From Escherichia coli (GTDB taxonomy: Bacteria > Pseudomonadota > Gammaproteobacteria > Enterobacterales > Enterobacteriaceae): 64,000 nt of DNA. Below are positions 1-10,134 of this stretch, in pieces. The notes under the pieces are model-generated. The model searched no databases. It was not told the origin of the DNA and worked only from the letters and a program-made list of their open reading frames with translations. A program made the position numbers and the translations under genes. The stretch lies in assembly GCF_003334785.1 (NCBI RefSeq), contig NZ_QOWV01000006.1. One strand, given 5' to 3'. Every line of letters begins with the position of its first letter. The first letter of the stretch is position 1.

Positions 1-881
1 ACATTCAAAAGATCATAGACAAACGGCGTTGCGCCGAGCATACAGGTGCAACGCTGCTGCTCAAGCAGCGCGAGACACGCATCAGGAGTGAAAATATCTA
101 ACAACACGCTGCGAGCGCCAATTAAGAATGGTGCCGTTACGCCATGCAGAAAGCCCGTTGCGTGACCAAGTGGCGCAGGCATCATAAAGACATCCTGCCA
201 GGTCAGATTCAGTCGCGCGCAATAAGCCCGCTCACTGGCGAGAATATTGTTATGCGTTAGCATCACGCCCTTTGGCAGACCCTCGGTTCCGGAGGTAAAC
301 AGCACCGCAGCTAATTCATCGCCGTGGGTCGTTATCGCCGTGGTCAGTGAGGTATTGTCGGCGATAATCTGACTTAATGAGAGGGAAGAGGTGGCGGGAG
401 CCAGTTTGTCCACGCCGACAATTTGTTGTAGTTGTGGAAGCTGATTTTGCAGCGGCAGGATTAAATCTACCGGACGCGTTTGTTTAAACAACGTCGGTGC
501 AAAGAACATTTTTGCCTGACACTTATTGAGCACCCACACCAGTTCTGCTTCCCGCCAGGAAGGCAACAGCGGCACGGAAACTGCACCGATTTTCAGGCAG
601 GCAAGATAGATAACGGTAAATTCACACCAGCCAGGCAGTTGAAATGCGATGCGATCGCCTGATTCAATACCCTTCGCTAACATCCAGTTTGCCAGACAGT
701 TCGCGGCGTGATCGAGCGCGCTATAGGTGTACGATGCACCATGATTATCGACCACGGCAATTTTGTCTGGCATCGCACGAGCGGTCTGCTGCCAGTAATC
801 GGCCAGCGAAGCATCGCCCCATAACCCTTGCTGACGATACGCCGCACGACGTTGTTCGTTAAACGTTAATGTCACTTTCAT
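1..881 (-). CDS. fadK: Short-chain acyl-CoA synthetase, N-terminal part only (3' end lies beyond window position 1)
   Basis: Minus-strand ATG at 881..879; frame open to the window edge; translation begins MKVTLTFNEQRRAAYRQQGLWGD..., matching my recollection of E. coli FadK. Not in the ORF track because no stop falls inside the window. Confidence 0.8.
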   Translation of the reverse strand, partial: MKVTLTFNEQRRAAYRQQGLWGDASLADYWQQTARAMPDKIAVVDNHGASYTYSALDHAANCLANWMLAKGIESGDRIAFQLPGWCEFTVIYLACLKIGAVSVPLLPSWREAELVWVLNKCQAKMFFAPTLFKQTRPVDLILPLQNQLPQLQQIVGVDKLAPATSSLSLSQIIADNTSLTTAITTHGDELAAVLFTSGTEGLPKGVMLTHNNILASERAYCARLNLTWQDVFMMPAPLGHATGFLHGVTAPFLIGARSVLLDIFTPDACLALLEQQRCTCMLGATPFVYDLLN

Positions 882-937
882 GTTGGACTCTCGAAACAGA
901 ACATCAGGCCCGAGATGCGGGCCTGTGGGATGCATGA

Positions 938-1231
938 TTAGCCGTAGCGAAAATCAATACCGAAGGTGCCTGCGGGATATTGCCACTGTTCGAGAATAGT
1001 GTTACCGCACAGCACCCGACAGGTGCCGCACTCCAGACAACCGGCGGAATCAAAATGAATGTTTCCTGCGTCATCCTGCTTATAAAGTCCGGCAGGGCAG
1101 GCTTTCATTAATTTATGGAATTCATTGATATCGGGATTTTCCGCCAGAATGATATGCGGGTGGCCCTCATCAACATGGAATTTATTGACGCCTAATTTGA
1201 TGTCGACGTTAACCGTAGCGTTCTGGCTCAT
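938..1231 (-). CDS. ydiT: Ferredoxin-like protein, FixX family
   Basis: ORF track 97 aa; Cys cluster CLECGTCRVLC; 4-nt overlap with ydiS stop; position downstream of ydiQRS. Confidence 0.9.
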   Translation of the reverse strand: MSQNATVNVDIKLGVNKFHVDEGHPHIILAENPDINEFHKLMKACPAGLYKQDDAGNIHFDSAGCLECGTCRVLCGNTILEQWQYPAGTFGIDFRYG

Positions 1232-2517
1232 AGCGCGGTTGCTCCCTTAATGCCATCTTTCAGCAAGTTGATCAGCCCAATTTTCTTCGCATGTCCCATG
1301 ATCATTTTTCGTACCGGCTGGTTTGGTTTGCCGTCGATGGTGAACATCTCGTTCATGATGTCGGCTACCATTCGTGGGTATTGGCTAAACAGGCGCGGGT
1401 TTTCCATCAGCGCCGGGATCTTGCGAAAATGCTGCATATCACGCATGACGCAGCTTTGTTCCAGCTCACGTTTGTATTGCGCCAGACTGCTGGCGGAGAA
1501 ATCCGCGCGTTCTTTGGCGGCGATCACCGTTGTGGCGGCAGCCTGAGCCGATGCAATGGCTAAATCCATGCCGCGGACCGTAAAACCCAAATTCAGGCAG
1601 AAGCCTGCGGCGTCACCAACGATCATCACGCCCTCGTTAACCAGTTGCGGCACCATTGCCAGACCGCCTTCCGGCACCATATGCGCGGAATATTCAAGCA
1701 GTTTGCCGCCGCTAATCAGCGGGCGAATGGCGGGGTGTTGTTTAAAATCTTCCAGCATTTGCGGCACGCTTTTTTGCGCATGGGCGATATCACCCAATCC
1801 ACAAACCAGCCCCAAGGATATGGAATCCTTGTTGGTATAGAGAAATCCCCCGCCCATCAGGCCGTCAGAAGGGGAACCGGCAAACAGCCAGGCGGCACCT
1901 TCCTCGCCCGTAATATTAAAGCGATCGTTGATCTGTTCTGGTGTGAGGCCAATAACCTCTTTAACACCAACAGCGTAATGATGCGGATCGGAAGCGGGAA
2001 CCATTCCCAGCGAGCGGCCAAGCATCGAGTTAACGCCATCAGCCAGAATCACCACATTCGCTTCGAGAATATCATCCCCAGCCTGCACGCCAGTGACCTT
2101 GTTTCCTTCACGAACCAGCGCGTCGACGCGAACGCCTGGGATAAACTGCGCGCCCGCCTGCTCGGCTTGTTCCATCAACCACGGGTCCAGACGATTACGC
2201 AATACGGTATAAGATGCGTGTTGCGGAACATCTGGCTGCTCGCGGTGAAAATCGAGGGTAACGGCGCTTTCTTCGGTTAAGAAGGAGATTTTCTCGCGTG
2301 TGACCTTGCGTTCTACCGGCGCTGATACTGCAAAGCCTGGAATGATTGCTTCAAGTGTGTGGGCATAAAGACGCCCGCCGGTCATGTTTTTACATCCGGC
2401 ACTGTCGCCGCGTTCTATCACCAGGACATCCAGCCCGGCTCGTGCCATGACCAGTGCGGCAACGCTACCAGCAACGCCCGCACCGACCACAATGGCATCA
2501 AATTTGTCATCCGACAT
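1228..2517 (-). CDS. ydiS: FAD-dependent oxidoreductase, FixC family (ETF-quinone oxidoreductase-like)
   Basis: ORF track 429 aa; N-terminal dinucleotide-binding motif VVGAGVAGSVAA; ATG at 2517..2515 checked in sequence. Confidence 0.9.
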   Translation of the reverse strand: MSDDKFDAIVVGAGVAGSVAALVMARAGLDVLVIERGDSAGCKNMTGGRLYAHTLEAIIPGFAVSAPVERKVTREKISFLTEESAVTLDFHREQPDVPQHASYTVLRNRLDPWLMEQAEQAGAQFIPGVRVDALVREGNKVTGVQAGDDILEANVVILADGVNSMLGRSLGMVPASDPHHYAVGVKEVIGLTPEQINDRFNITGEEGAAWLFAGSPSDGLMGGGFLYTNKDSISLGLVCGLGDIAHAQKSVPQMLEDFKQHPAIRPLISGGKLLEYSAHMVPEGGLAMVPQLVNEGVMIVGDAAGFCLNLGFTVRGMDLAIASAQAAATTVIAAKERADFSASSLAQYKRELEQSCVMRDMQHFRKIPALMENPRLFSQYPRMVADIMNEMFTIDGKPNQPVRKMIMGHAKKIGLINLLKDGIKGATAL

Positions 2518-2572
2518 GCGTTATGCTCCCTTCCCGCTGCGTTTACAGCGGGAGATGTGGTTGAAAGGGGAA

Positions 2573-3511
2573 TTAGCGGCTCAACTGGCTAATCAGGGCA
2601 GGGACGACTTTGTAGATATCGCCCACCAGACCGTAGTCGGCATAGTTGAAGATTGGCGCATTTTTATCTTTATTGATGGCGACAATCACTTTTGCGCCGT
2701 TGCCGCCAACCATATGCTGGATCTGCCCGGAGATCCCCAGCGTCAGGTAGAGATCGGATTTCAGCAACACGCCGGAGACACCGATATAACGTTCACGCTC
2801 CATCCAGTTCTCGCCTTCGGCAATTGGACGTGAACAGCCGACTTCAGCATTCAGCACCGCCGCCAGTTCGTGGACCATTTTTAGGTCATCCTGCGCCGCC
2901 AGTCCACGACCGACGCCAACCACACGTTTTGCTTTGCTCAGGTCCACGCTGCTTGCGGCTTTCGCACGGCGTTCGCGACAGAGAATTTCATGACGCGGAG
3001 CAACATAAGGTACCGTTTCTGTCGGGCACTGATGAGAGGTATCACTGGTGCACGGTTCCTGAACACCGGGTGCAAGGGTAATGATCGCCAGCGGGCTGTT
3101 GATCTTTTCCTGAGCGAACGCTAACCCGCCATACATCCGGTGTTCGGCGCAAATGTGACCATCGACAATATCCACCGCCGTGGCATCGTTCACCAGCGCC
3201 GCATTCAGTTGCACACTTAACCGTGCTGCCAGCGCTTTACCACGTTTCGTCGCGGCCAACAGCAACATAGCGGGGTGTTTATCTTTCAGCAGGGCAGCAA
3301 TGCTTTCGGCGTAATTTTCAGTGCGTTGCAGCGCGTCGTTTTGCGCAAGAACATAAAGACATTTTGGACCATAAGGCATAACTGCCTGCGCCTGGTCGGT
3401 ATTTTGTACAATGGCATACACCTGTTGGCCCCATTGCTGAGCGCCGCCAAACAGTTCAGCATAACGTTCAGGATTATCGCTAAAGACCCAGACGCTGTTT
3501 AATTGACTCAT
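2573..3511 (-). CDS. ydiR: Electron transfer flavoprotein alpha subunit (FixB-like)
   Basis: ORF track 312 aa; ETF-alpha-like sequence; ATG at 3511..3509. Confidence 0.9.
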   Translation of the reverse strand: MSQLNSVWVFSDNPERYAELFGGAQQWGQQVYAIVQNTDQAQAVMPYGPKCLYVLAQNDALQRTENYAESIAALLKDKHPAMLLLAATKRGKALAARLSVQLNAALVNDATAVDIVDGHICAEHRMYGGLAFAQEKINSPLAIITLAPGVQEPCTSDTSHQCPTETVPYVAPRHEILCRERRAKAASSVDLSKAKRVVGVGRGLAAQDDLKMVHELAAVLNAEVGCSRPIAEGENWMERERYIGVSGVLLKSDLYLTLGISGQIQHMVGGNGAKVIVAINKDKNAPIFNYADYGLVGDIYKVVPALISQLSR

Positions 3512-3530
3512 CGTTTCTTCTCCGTAGGCT

Positions 3531-4295
3531 TCAGTTCAGGGCTTTCTTCAGATGTTCCGCCAGCTCGGCAATGGCCTCCGGCGAATCGTTATCGATAATG
3601 ATGTGCTTACGTTCTGTTTGCGGCGGTACGCGAATGCCGACCAGTTCAGCAAGTGGCGCGCTCTGGCTCCAGTCAATATCACTTGCCTGCCACTGATTTA
3701 CCGGTTTTTTACCCGCGCCGAGAATGGCTTTCATCGAAGGAATGCGTGGCACGTTAATATCGGAGGTGACGCAGAGCACGGCTGGAACAGAGAGTTCAAT
3801 AACTTCAACATCATCTTCAAGCGTGCGTTCAATCACCAGTGTATTGCCCTGACGCTGAATAGCACTCACTGCATTAATCACCGGAAGTTGCAGAATTTCT
3901 CCGACCAGCAAGCCAACCTGCTGGGCATAAAGGTCGCCGGAACCTTCACCAAAGATCAGTAAATCGAAGCCGATCTTTTCAATTGCTGCCGCCAGCGCTT
4001 TTGCGGTATCGAGAGGCAGTGCATGTTCAAGTTGCGCATCCTGCACCAAATACAGGCTGTGCGGCCCGCGGGATAGCACGTCTTTGCGCACTTTCGAGTT
4101 CTGCAACAATGAGCCGCCAACGGTCAGCGCGGCTATCTCATCGTCATCTGTTGCGAGCTGGCTTGCAGCTTCAATGGCATTGAGATCGAACTGGCTGATT
4201 TTGGCGTCGGCATTGTCGAAATTCAGGGTGTATTCTGGAGTGACAACAATGTCCTGTTCTTCAGGCACCAGCTTAAAGCAGGTTATTATTTTCAT
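3531..4295 (-). CDS. ydiQ: Electron transfer flavoprotein beta subunit (FixA-like)
   Basis: ORF track entry 3531..4394 trimmed to the internal ATG at 4295..4293 (MKIITCFKLV...), giving the 254-aa length I recall; the upstream extension is a GTG/TTG artefact. Confidence 0.85.
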   Translation of the reverse strand: MKIITCFKLVPEEQDIVVTPEYTLNFDNADAKISQFDLNAIEAASQLATDDDEIAALTVGGSLLQNSKVRKDVLSRGPHSLYLVQDAQLEHALPLDTAKALAAAIEKIGFDLLIFGEGSGDLYAQQVGLLVGEILQLPVINAVSAIQRQGNTLVIERTLEDDVEVIELSVPAVLCVTSDINVPRIPSMKAILGAGKKPVNQWQASDIDWSQSAPLAELVGIRVPPQTERKHIIIDNDSPEAIAELAEHLKKALN

Positions 4296-4610
4296 GATTT
4301 CTCCTGTGAGTCGCATACGGAACCATCTCCGATGGAAGGTAAAAATGGCCTGAAAATAGTGTGCGATAGCGGTGCGGGGTTTTCGACGGAGCAAGCTGTT
4401 TTCCTTGCCAACAATCTTGCAAAAAAAATGCGATCGCTAAAACAAAAGTGCAATTTGCGGCAATATAGTTATTCCATGACCGTACAATCTTGCATTCAGT
4501 GTAAATAATCTTGTTTAGCTCTCGCTAAACGCGGTTGTATAACCGCAATACACGCCGTATTTTATCCGGCATATATTGTTTTTGCTTGCTCATGGAATAG
4601 GGAGGTTGTC

Positions 4611-5522
4611 ATGTATCAACGCTGTTTTGATAACGCCAGTGAAACGCTGTTTGTCGCCGGTAAAACGCCACGGCTTTCACGTTTTGCATTTAGCGATGAT
4701 CCAAAATGGGAGTCCGGACATCACGTTCATGACAATGAAACCGAGTTGATTTACGTCAAGAAAGGGGTTGCAAGGTTTACCATCGATTCTTCGTTATATG
4801 TCGCACATGCGGATGACATTGTGGTGATAGAACGCGGCAGGCTGCATGCGGTGGCCTCTGACGTTAACGATCCGGCAACGACGTGTACCTGTGCGCTGTA
4901 CGGCTTTCAGTTTCAGGGGGCTGAGGAAAATCAGCTACTGCAACCGCATTCTTGTCCGGTAATTGCCGCGGGGCAGGGAAAAGAAGTCATAAAAACCTTA
5001 TTTAATGAGCTAAGTGTGATTTTGCCGCAAAGTAAAAATAGCCAAACATCTTCGTTATGGGATGCATTTGCCTATACGTTAGCCATTCTTTACTACGAAA
5101 ATTTTAAAAATGCTTATCGTTCGGAGCAGGGGTATATTAAAAAAGATGTTCTGATAAAAGATATTCTTTTCTATCTGAATAATAATTATCGCGAAAAAAT
5201 CACTTTAGAACAGTTATCGAAAAAATTTCGTGCCAGCGTCAGTTATATTTGCCATGAATTTACCAAAGAGTATCGTATTTCCCCTATTAACTATGTTATT
5301 CAACGGCGTATGACGGAAGCAAAATGGTCACTCACTAATACTGAATTATCACAGGCAGAGATCTCCTGGCGTGTGGGTTATGAAAATGTCGATCACTTTG
5401 CCAAACTGTTTTTGCGCCATGTCGGTTGTTCGCCCAGCGATTACCGTAGACAATTTAAAAACTGTTTTGCGGAACAAGAAATCCTATCTGAATTTCCTCA
5501 ACCGGTAAGTCTTGTTGGATAA
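4611..5522 (+). CDS. ydiP: AraC-family transcriptional regulator
   Basis: ORF track 303 aa; C-terminal AraC-type HTH region; divergent from ydiQRST with a 315-bp shared intergenic region. Confidence 0.9.
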   Translation: MYQRCFDNASETLFVAGKTPRLSRFAFSDDPKWESGHHVHDNETELIYVKKGVARFTIDSSLYVAHADDIVVIERGRLHAVASDVNDPATTCTCALYGFQFQGAEENQLLQPHSCPVIAAGQGKEVIKTLFNELSVILPQSKNSQTSSLWDAFAYTLAILYYENFKNAYRSEQGYIKKDVLIKDILFYLNNNYREKITLEQLSKKFRASVSYICHEFTKEYRISPINYVIQRRMTEAKWSLTNTELSQAEISWRVGYENVDHFAKLFLRHVGCSPSDYRRQFKNCFAEQEILSEFPQPVSLVG

Positions 5523-5564
5523 ATCTGGCGGCGCAGTTTGTTAAGAAGCTGCGCCGCCTGCAGA

Positions 5565-6716
5565 TTATTTGTTCTGATAGTCTTTCAGGATCTGCCGACC
5601 TGCTACGTAAATCATAATTTCGTCTGTACCGCCGCCGATACGTTCACAACGGACATCACGCCAGAAGCGGGAGACGCGCGCCTCATCGGTATAGCCCAGA
5701 CCGCCCATGATTTGAATCGCATCATCAATGACTTCCATTGCGGTACGTGCACAGTACAGTTTTGCCAGCGCCGCGCTGGTGCGCAGTGACTGATGCTGAT
5801 CGGCTTGCCATGCCACTTTCAGCACCATGTTGCGCATGTTGTCGATCTTAATCGCCATCAGCGCCAGTTTTTCCTGGATCATCTGGTTATGACCAATGGG
5901 CTTACCAAAAGCGATACGTTGGTTGGCATAGCGGGCGGCATCTTCAAAGGCGCATTCGGCAAAGCCGGTGCTGCGCGCGGCGTTGATCAGGCGCTCCATC
6001 TCAAAGTTGTACATCACATTGAGGAAACCCATTCCTTCTTCGCCCACCATGTCGCTCTCTTCAACCTCCACGTTGTCGAGATAGACTTCGCAGGTGCTGA
6101 GCATATGCCAGCCGATTTTATGCAGCGGGTTAATCTTAATGCCGGGCTTACTGGAGTCGACCCACCACAGGGTGAAGGCTTTTTTGGGATCTTTCGGTTG
6201 CGGATCGCGCGCCAGCACCAGCATATACGGGTACTCTTTCGCACCGGTAATAAAGGTTTTTTGTCCGTTGATGTAGACCTTGCCGTTTTTACGCGTGTAA
6301 GTGGTAGTGGCACTGTTGTTATCTGAGCCAGCACCTGGTTCCGTCAACGCCAGGGCATAGGCGGGATCACCCGTTTCCAGGGTGCTCTCTGCCGTTTTAC
6401 GTAGCTGCTCTGCAGAACCGAAACGGCGCATACTGTGAATACATTGACCGTTGGTAATTAAAAATGCCGGAGCACCGCATTTTGACACTTCCATCAGCGC
6501 CAGCATTTGGGTGACGTAATCCGCAGGGATACCACCAAATTCTTCCGGCACGCCAAGCATGGAAATACCGTTATCCGCCAGCGCCCGCATAAACTCACGC
6601 GGATATGTCCCGTTTTGATCGCAGGTGCGGAAATACTCTTCCGGAAAGTTAGTCGTAATCAGTTCGCGAATACTGGCCAGCAGCAGTTCTTGTTCTTCAG
6701 TTAAAGAAAAATCCAT
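5565..6716 (-). CDS. ydiO: Acyl-CoA dehydrogenase family protein
   Basis: ORF track 401 aa trimmed to the second of two adjacent ATGs (6716..6714) with AGGAG 7 nt upstream, giving 383 aa MDFSLTEEQ...; acyl-CoA dehydrogenase-like. Confidence 0.85.
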   Translation of the reverse strand: MDFSLTEEQELLLASIRELITTNFPEEYFRTCDQNGTYPREFMRALADNGISMLGVPEEFGGIPADYVTQMLALMEVSKCGAPAFLITNGQCIHSMRRFGSAEQLRKTAESTLETGDPAYALALTEPGAGSDNNSATTTYTRKNGKVYINGQKTFITGAKEYPYMLVLARDPQPKDPKKAFTLWWVDSSKPGIKINPLHKIGWHMLSTCEVYLDNVEVEESDMVGEEGMGFLNVMYNFEMERLINAARSTGFAECAFEDAARYANQRIAFGKPIGHNQMIQEKLALMAIKIDNMRNMVLKVAWQADQHQSLRTSAALAKLYCARTAMEVIDDAIQIMGGLGYTDEARVSRFWRDVRCERIGGGTDEIMIYVAGRQILKDYQNK

Positions 6717-6729
6717 CATTATACTCCTG

Positions 6730-8325
6730 TTAATGAGCCGCTTCAGGCAGGACAAAACCCATCGCCGCATCGATAAATAATCTTTCGTCCATCAGTTTGA
6801 GTTCTGGCGAAATCACTGGGGTGAAATCCATTTTGTCGAGAATATCTTTTTGTAAATCGACGCCAGGGGCGATTTCGATTAAATGCAGGCCGTCTTCTTT
6901 CAGCGTGAATACTGCGCGCTCAGTGATATAACGAACATCCAGCCCTCGCTCGAGAGCGATTTTTCCGCTGAAAGTAATTTCCGGTAGTTCCCGAATAAAT
7001 TTCTTCACCCGTCCTTCCTGGACGATATTTAATTTGCCGTCGGTAATTTCTGTTTTTAAACTGCCCGCAGTTAATGTGCCGCAGAAAATGATTTTCTTCG
7101 AAGTGGCACTGATATCAATAAATCCACCGGTGCCCATGATTTTACCATTGAATTTATGCACGCCGACGTTACCGTGCTGGTCGACTTCAGCAAAACTCAA
7201 ATAACAAACATCCAGACCGCCACCGTGATAAAAATCAAACTGGGACGTCATATCCAGAATGGCACGGGTATTCACGTTCGCGCCAAAGGCGATCCCCTGT
7301 GAAGTAATTCCGCCAATCGGACCTGTTTCTACCGTCAGAATAAAGTCATCAGCACAACCTTCTTCTCGGGCGACCAGGCCAATGCCGTCAGCAATACCGA
7401 CGCCGACATTCCCCACCGCGCCTTTACGCATTTCGAATAATGCGCGCCGCGCAACTAATTTACGTTGGTTTAGGGGCAGGCTAAGTTTGGTACTGTCATC
7501 AAGGGTGAAGTCACCAGAAATAAAGCGGTTAACCGGTGCACCGCCATACAGTTGGGTTTGATCCGGATCGACCACCACAATATCCACCAGATAACCCGGA
7601 ATACGGACAGATTTAGGATGCAGCGTGGCTTTCTTAACCATTTTCTGCACCTGCATCATCACAATACCGCCGTTATTGTGCACCGCCTGGGCAATAACCA
7701 ATGCGTCGAGATACATCACCTCATCTTCAAAAGTGGCGTAGCCTTCACTGTCGCAGGTGGTAGCGCGAATGAAGGCAATATCTGGCGCAATCGCTTTGTA
7801 ATAGAGATATTCTTTGTTATCAAACTCGACCAGTTTAATCAGGTCTTCTTTAGTGACTTCATTCAGTTTGCCGCCTTGCTGGCGTGGATCGACAAATGTC
7901 CCGATGCCAATATCACTAATAATACCAGGCTGGTGGGCTGCGGCGGCGCGTAAGGTTTGTGTAAGTACACCTTGTGGGTAGTTATAAGCAATAATTTTAT
8001 TTTGTTCTGCGAGTTCAGAAATACGCGGCGATTGTCCCCAGTGACCACATAATGCCCATTTCACCAGACCTTCTTGCGCCAGAGGACTAATACCACGGTC
8101 GGCGCGATCGCCAAGCCCTGTTGGACTAATAATCGATAAATTACGTGGTGTTTGAGTCTGTTTATATTTATCAGCAAGAGCAGTAATTAACGTGGTGGCT
8201 TCCAGAATACCGCCGCCAGCGCCTAACACACAAAGTGTTGCTTCGTCGGGAATATAATTCACCGCTTCCTGTGCCGACAGGACCGGCACTCGTCCATTAA
8301 TACGAGGTGGTTTTACAGGTTTCAT
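6730..8325 (-). CDS. ydiF: Short-chain acyl-CoA:acetate CoA-transferase, fused alpha/beta subunits
   Basis: ORF track 531 aa; stop 11 nt upstream of the ydiO start (tight operon). Confidence 0.9.
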   Translation of the reverse strand: MKPVKPPRINGRVPVLSAQEAVNYIPDEATLCVLGAGGGILEATTLITALADKYKQTQTPRNLSIISPTGLGDRADRGISPLAQEGLVKWALCGHWGQSPRISELAEQNKIIAYNYPQGVLTQTLRAAAAHQPGIISDIGIGTFVDPRQQGGKLNEVTKEDLIKLVEFDNKEYLYYKAIAPDIAFIRATTCDSEGYATFEDEVMYLDALVIAQAVHNNGGIVMMQVQKMVKKATLHPKSVRIPGYLVDIVVVDPDQTQLYGGAPVNRFISGDFTLDDSTKLSLPLNQRKLVARRALFEMRKGAVGNVGVGIADGIGLVAREEGCADDFILTVETGPIGGITSQGIAFGANVNTRAILDMTSQFDFYHGGGLDVCYLSFAEVDQHGNVGVHKFNGKIMGTGGFIDISATSKKIIFCGTLTAGSLKTEITDGKLNIVQEGRVKKFIRELPEITFSGKIALERGLDVRYITERAVFTLKEDGLHLIEIAPGVDLQKDILDKMDFTPVISPELKLMDERLFIDAAMGFVLPEAAH

Positions 8326-8467
8326 TGTTAATTCCTGATTCAGATGTGATTTTCCCTACGCCAAATGGAGAATTAGCGCACAGAGACTCACGAAATATTT
8401 TTATTAAATACGATTGAATATATTTTTTAGTTCGGCGGGGAGGGTGTTCCCGCCGAAATATTATTGC

Positions 8468-9226
8468 TTATGCCTGGTGTAAAATAGTTAATACCGTGCG
8501 CAAATCATTTACCGAGATTTGCCCTGGCGCAGACGCTTTTTTTACCGCACCAAAAGTTGCCGCCGAGCCAAATACTTCACCAGCCAGACGAGAAATTACG
8601 CCAGTTTTTGCCATCGACATCGTGATAATTGGACGATCGGCATACTGCTCCTGCATCTCCAGGGTCGCGGCAAGCAACGTCAGCACATCGCTGGTACTTT
8701 GCGGCATCAGCGCAATCTTAGGAATATCGGCGTCGAAGGATTGCATTTTGCGCAGACGGGCAATGATTTCTTCGGCTTCCGGCGTTTTATGGAAGTCATG
8801 GTTGGACATGACTACTTTCACATCATGCGCGTGGGCGTAGGCGACGGTTTCTTTAACCTGATCATCACCGGTAAATAACTCCAGATCGATCATATCAACC
8901 AGGCCGCTGTCGATGGCTGCACGATTGAGTGCAATATAAGCCTCGGTGGAAATCGCCTGCTCGCCGCCTTCTTTGGCACTGCGGAAGGTAAACAGCAGCG
9001 GTTTTTCTGGCATGGTCTCACGGAGAATTTTTGCTGCCGCCATGACAGACTCCACATTGGAGAGGTCGGCATAGTGGTCCACACGCCATTCCAGAATATC
9101 AAAGTCCGCTTCACGATAGGCGAGAGCTTCGGATTTCACGCTGGCGATATCTTTCGCCATCAGCGAGACGATGATTTTAGGTGCGCCCGTACCAATGACG
9201 AGATCTTTTACAGTTACGGTTTTCAT
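8468..9226 (-). CDS. aroD: 3-dehydroquinate dehydratase (type I)
   Basis: ORF track 252 aa; recognised AroD sequence and length. Confidence 0.92.
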   Translation of the reverse strand: MKTVTVKDLVIGTGAPKIIVSLMAKDIASVKSEALAYREADFDILEWRVDHYADLSNVESVMAAAKILRETMPEKPLLFTFRSAKEGGEQAISTEAYIALNRAAIDSGLVDMIDLELFTGDDQVKETVAYAHAHDVKVVMSNHDFHKTPEAEEIIARLRKMQSFDADIPKIALMPQSTSDVLTLLAATLEMQEQYADRPIITMSMAKTGVISRLAGEVFGSAATFGAVKKASAPGQISVNDLRTVLTILHQA

Positions 9227-9256
9227 TTTTTACCCTTTCTGCACGCGGTCAGCCTG

Positions 9257-10123
9257 TCAGGCACCGAACCCCATGACCTGTTTAACATATTCCAGAGGGA
9301 AATCTTTGCCAGTCCATAATGTGAACTGTTCAGCCCCTTGCCACAACAACATGCCGTATCCATCAATCGTTTTGCAACCAGCTTGTTGCGCCTGCTGCAA
9401 TAACTTCGTCATATGCGGGTTATACACGCATTCAGTGACCAGAAGTCCCGGATGTAACAGACTGATATCATTAACCAATGATTCATTCTCAAGGGGTTTC
9501 ATACCCACTTTTGTGCCATTGGTTAAAATGTCGGCGGAAGCCAGGGCTTCAGCAAAGGCTTGCTGATCGGCGAGATCGGTGACCGTGACGACACAATCGG
9601 TGTTTTCATTAACCCGCTGCGCGAAGGCGAGGGCTTTATCGAAGAACTCATCCCGACGGTTAAAGAGTTTAATTTCTTTTAAACCTTCAATTGCCCCCTG
9701 CGCGCCAATTGCCGTTGAGGCACCACCGGCCCCTAACAGCACCATCGTTTTGCCTTTGATATCAAAACCGCTCTCTTTAATGGCGCGAATATGGCCCGTG
9801 CCGTCGGTGTTATAGCCACGCAGATAGCCATCATCATTAACGATGGTGTTGATGGCCCCCACCAGTTTGGCAGCTGGTGTTAATTCATCAACATATTCAC
9901 ACGCCAGTTGTTTGTTCGGCATCGATACACCAGTTCCGCGCATTTTGAGGGCTTTTAATCCTTCAATTGCTCCAGGAAAGCTATCGTTATCCACTTCGAA
10001 GGCCATATAGGTAAATGGCAATCCCGCTTTTTCTAAGGCTTTATTCTGCATTTCGGGCGATAAACTGTGGCGGATAGGATAGGCCATCAACCCAATCAAT
10101 TCGTATTTTGCGGTAACATCCAT
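9257..10123 (-). CDS. ydiB: Quinate/shikimate dehydrogenase, NAD(P)-dependent
   Basis: ORF track 288 aa; shikimate dehydrogenase family; 30 nt upstream of aroD. Confidence 0.9.
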
Positions 10124-10134
10124 AATTAACTCCT

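Noticed and set aside
905-925. Stem-loop CAGGCCC..GGGCCTG between ydiT and fadK, considered as an internal terminator
   Set aside because: No following T-run; more likely intercistronic mRNA structure within the ydiQRST-fadK transcript.
1645-2280. 211-aa + strand ORF opposite ydiS (similar: 5793..6326 opposite ydiO, 39736..40233 opposite mdtK, 41567..42007 opposite cfa)
   Set aside because: Antisense frames inside recognised genes with no independent start signals.
3531-4394. N-terminal extensions proposed by the ORF track (ydiQ here; also ydiO, ydiN, ydiL, ydiH, sufB, pykF, ydhV, ydhX, ydhL, sodC, ydhJ)
   Set aside because: The extended starts lack a Shine-Dalgarno or begin at GTG/TTG; the internal ATG has an RBS and yields the N-terminus and length I recall for the E. 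coli protein.
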